A stretch of 64,000 nt of DNA from Pseudomonadales bacterium. GTDB lineage: Bacteria > Pseudomonadota > Gammaproteobacteria > Pseudomonadales > Azotimanducaceae. Shown here piece by piece: positions 62,679 to 64,000 of this stretch; position 1 is the first letter of the stretch; each line of letters opens with the position of its first letter. The stretch spans positions 2,815,937-2,879,936 of the forward strand of contig CBDBPN010000004.1 in NCBI GenBank assembly GCA_965208745.1, written 5' to 3'. The translations under genes were made by a program, and so were the position numbers. The notes under the pieces are model-generated. The model did not search any database. It was not told the DNA's origin and saw only the letters and a list, made by a program, of their open reading frames with translations.

Positions 62679-64000
62679 AGGCCTCCCGGCGCAACTTCTT
62701 GATCGGTGCGGGCGTCGTCGGGGGCGGCCTCGTGGTCGGCTTCTCGATGCGCGGCGGACCCGGGGCGCCACCACTCAAGGCGATGGACGGAGCGTACGCG
62801 CCGAACGCGTTCCTGCAGATCGGCCCGGACAACGTCATGCGTTTCTACTGCGCGCGCGACGAAATGGGGCAGGGCGTGACGACGGGCCTCGCGACCCTCG
62901 TCGGCGAGGAACTCGACGTGGATCCGGCCAGGTTCGTCGTCGAACTCGCGGGTGTGCATCCCGCCTACGCCAATCCGGCCATGGGCGGCGTGCAGGCGAC
63001 GGGGGGCAGCAACTCCATCATGGGGCACTACCTCCCGCTCCGGCAGGTGGGCGCGGACACCAGGCAGGCCATCGTGCTCGCCGCGGCCAGGCAGTTGGAC
63101 GTGGACGCCGGGGAGATGGAAACGGATGACGGCCATGTCCTCGTGCGTGGCGAGCGACATCCGTATGGCGCTTTCGTCGAGACGGCGCGAACCCTGCCGA
63201 TGCCCGAGAACACTCCGCTCAAGCCCGCGTCGGAGTTCCGCTACATCGGCAAGGAGATGCCGCGCATCGACAGCACCGGCAAGGCGGCGGGAACCGCGGT
63301 GTTCGGCATCGACGTGGACGTGCCCGACATGCATCACGCCGCGGTGGTGCGGTCCCCGGTCGCCGGCGGCGCGGTGGCGTCGTTCGACGCATCGCGCGCC
63401 CAGGAAATGCCCGGGGTCGTCGGCGTCGTACCGGTCGCGACCGGCGTCGCGGTCGTCGCGGCGAAGTACTGGCAGGCGAAGAAGGCGGCTGAGTCGGTCG
63501 AGGTCGAGTGGAAGCTGCCGGCGCTCGCGCAGGTCAGCTCGCGGCAGATCGAGGCCGACTACCGGGACGGCCTTGCCGAGGAGGGGGAGTCCGCGGAGAG
63601 CGAGGGCGACGTGGATGCGGCCTTCGCGGGAACGCGTACCGTGGAGGCGGACTACTGGGCGCCCTACCTGGCGCACGCGCCGATGGAACCGATGAACGCG
63701 GTCGTGCGCATCGGGGACGGCGAAGCCGAGGTGTGGACGGGCACGCAGGGGCTGGGTCTCGCCCAGGGACTGGTCGCGCGCGTGACGGGCCTCGATACGG
63801 AACGGGTCACTGCGCACAACGCCTACCTCGGCGGTGGTTTCGGTCGGCGGGCGACGATGAGCCATGTCGTCGAAGCGGCGGAGGCCGCACTCGCGACCGG
63901 CAAGCCGGTGCAGGTGCTCTGGTCCCGCGAGGACGACATTCGCTCGGGCGTCTTTCGTCCAGCCTCGCTGATGCGCATCGAGGCGGGGATCGACACGGAC
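62675..64000 (+). CDS. Molybdopterin-binding large subunit (IorB/aldehyde-oxidase beta-like), 5' part, open at window end
   Basis: My own translation from the ATG at 62675, which overlaps the upstream stop (ATGA), gives MKASRRNFLIGAGVVGGGLVVGFS (Tat-like signal). It continues with ARDEMGQGVTTGLATLVGEELDVD. Not in the ORF track because there is no stop before 64000. Confidence 0.85.
   Translation, partial: MKASRRNFLIGAGVVGGGLVVGFSMRGGPGAPPLKAMDGAYAPNAFLQIGPDNVMRFYCARDEMGQGVTTGLATLVGEELDVDPARFVVELAGVHPAYANPAMGGVQATGGSNSIMGHYLPLRQVGADTRQAIVLAAARQLDVDAGEMETDDGHVLVRGERHPYGAFVETARTLPMPENTPLKPASEFRYIGKEMPRIDSTGKAAGTAVFGIDVDVPDMHHAAVVRSPVAGGAVASFDASRAQEMPGVVGVVPVATGVAVVAAKYWQAKKAAESVEVEWKLPALAQVSSRQIEADYRDGLAEEGESAESEGDVDAAFAGTRTVEADYWAPYLAHAPMEPMNAVVRIGDGEAEVWTGTQGLGLAQGLVARVTGLDTERVTAHNAYLGGGFGRRATMSHVVEAAEAALATGKPVQVLWSREDDIRSGVFRPASLMRIEAGIDTD

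Overview
GC-rich (~65% from hand counts) chromosome segment with gammaproteobacterial, Pseudomonas/Chromatiales-like gene order. All domain calls are motif recognition by eye on the supplied translations; no HMM or database search was possible.

From ~16.5 kb to the end the window is ordinary housekeeping DNA:
- Plus strand: carA-carB-greA, then yhbY (minus) facing rlmE-ftsH-folP-glmM-tpiA-secG-tRNA-Leu-tRNA-fMet(metY)-rimP-nusA-infB-rbfA-truB-rpsO-pnp.
- Minus strand: acs, pgi-panC-panB, a deoxynucleoside kinase, pcnB, an orphan degenerate NtrC/CbrB-like regulator, gluQ, dksA.
- Then nfeD-SPFH, a TPP-dependent acyl-CoA lyase/decarboxylase, DUF3604, an enolase-superfamily enzyme, nth, a yceH-like gene, a Prs-like protein, argG, rnt, grxD, an ABC-F ATPase and an IorAB-type molybdoenzyme (open at the window end).

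The first ~16 kb is an accessory defence island and the main point of interest:
- Its core (2604-14718) is one co-directional, translationally coupled operon. It encodes a DUF499-type P-loop ATPase, a small DUF3780-position protein, a Septu-like ABC-ATPase/HNH pair and a DUF1156 Zn-ribbon DNA methyltransferase that carries a 1-nt frameshift. These are followed by a PLD-nuclease::SNF2 helicase and a stand-alone papain/C39-like cysteine peptidase.
- Downstream lies an orphan 386-aa protein with a C-terminal TM helix, in a lower-GC block.
- Upstream lie a twice-frameshifted AlbA_2/Schlafen-like gene and a tandem duplication of a small membrane-anchored coiled-coil gene.

No integrase, transposase, CRISPR array or rRNA was seen.
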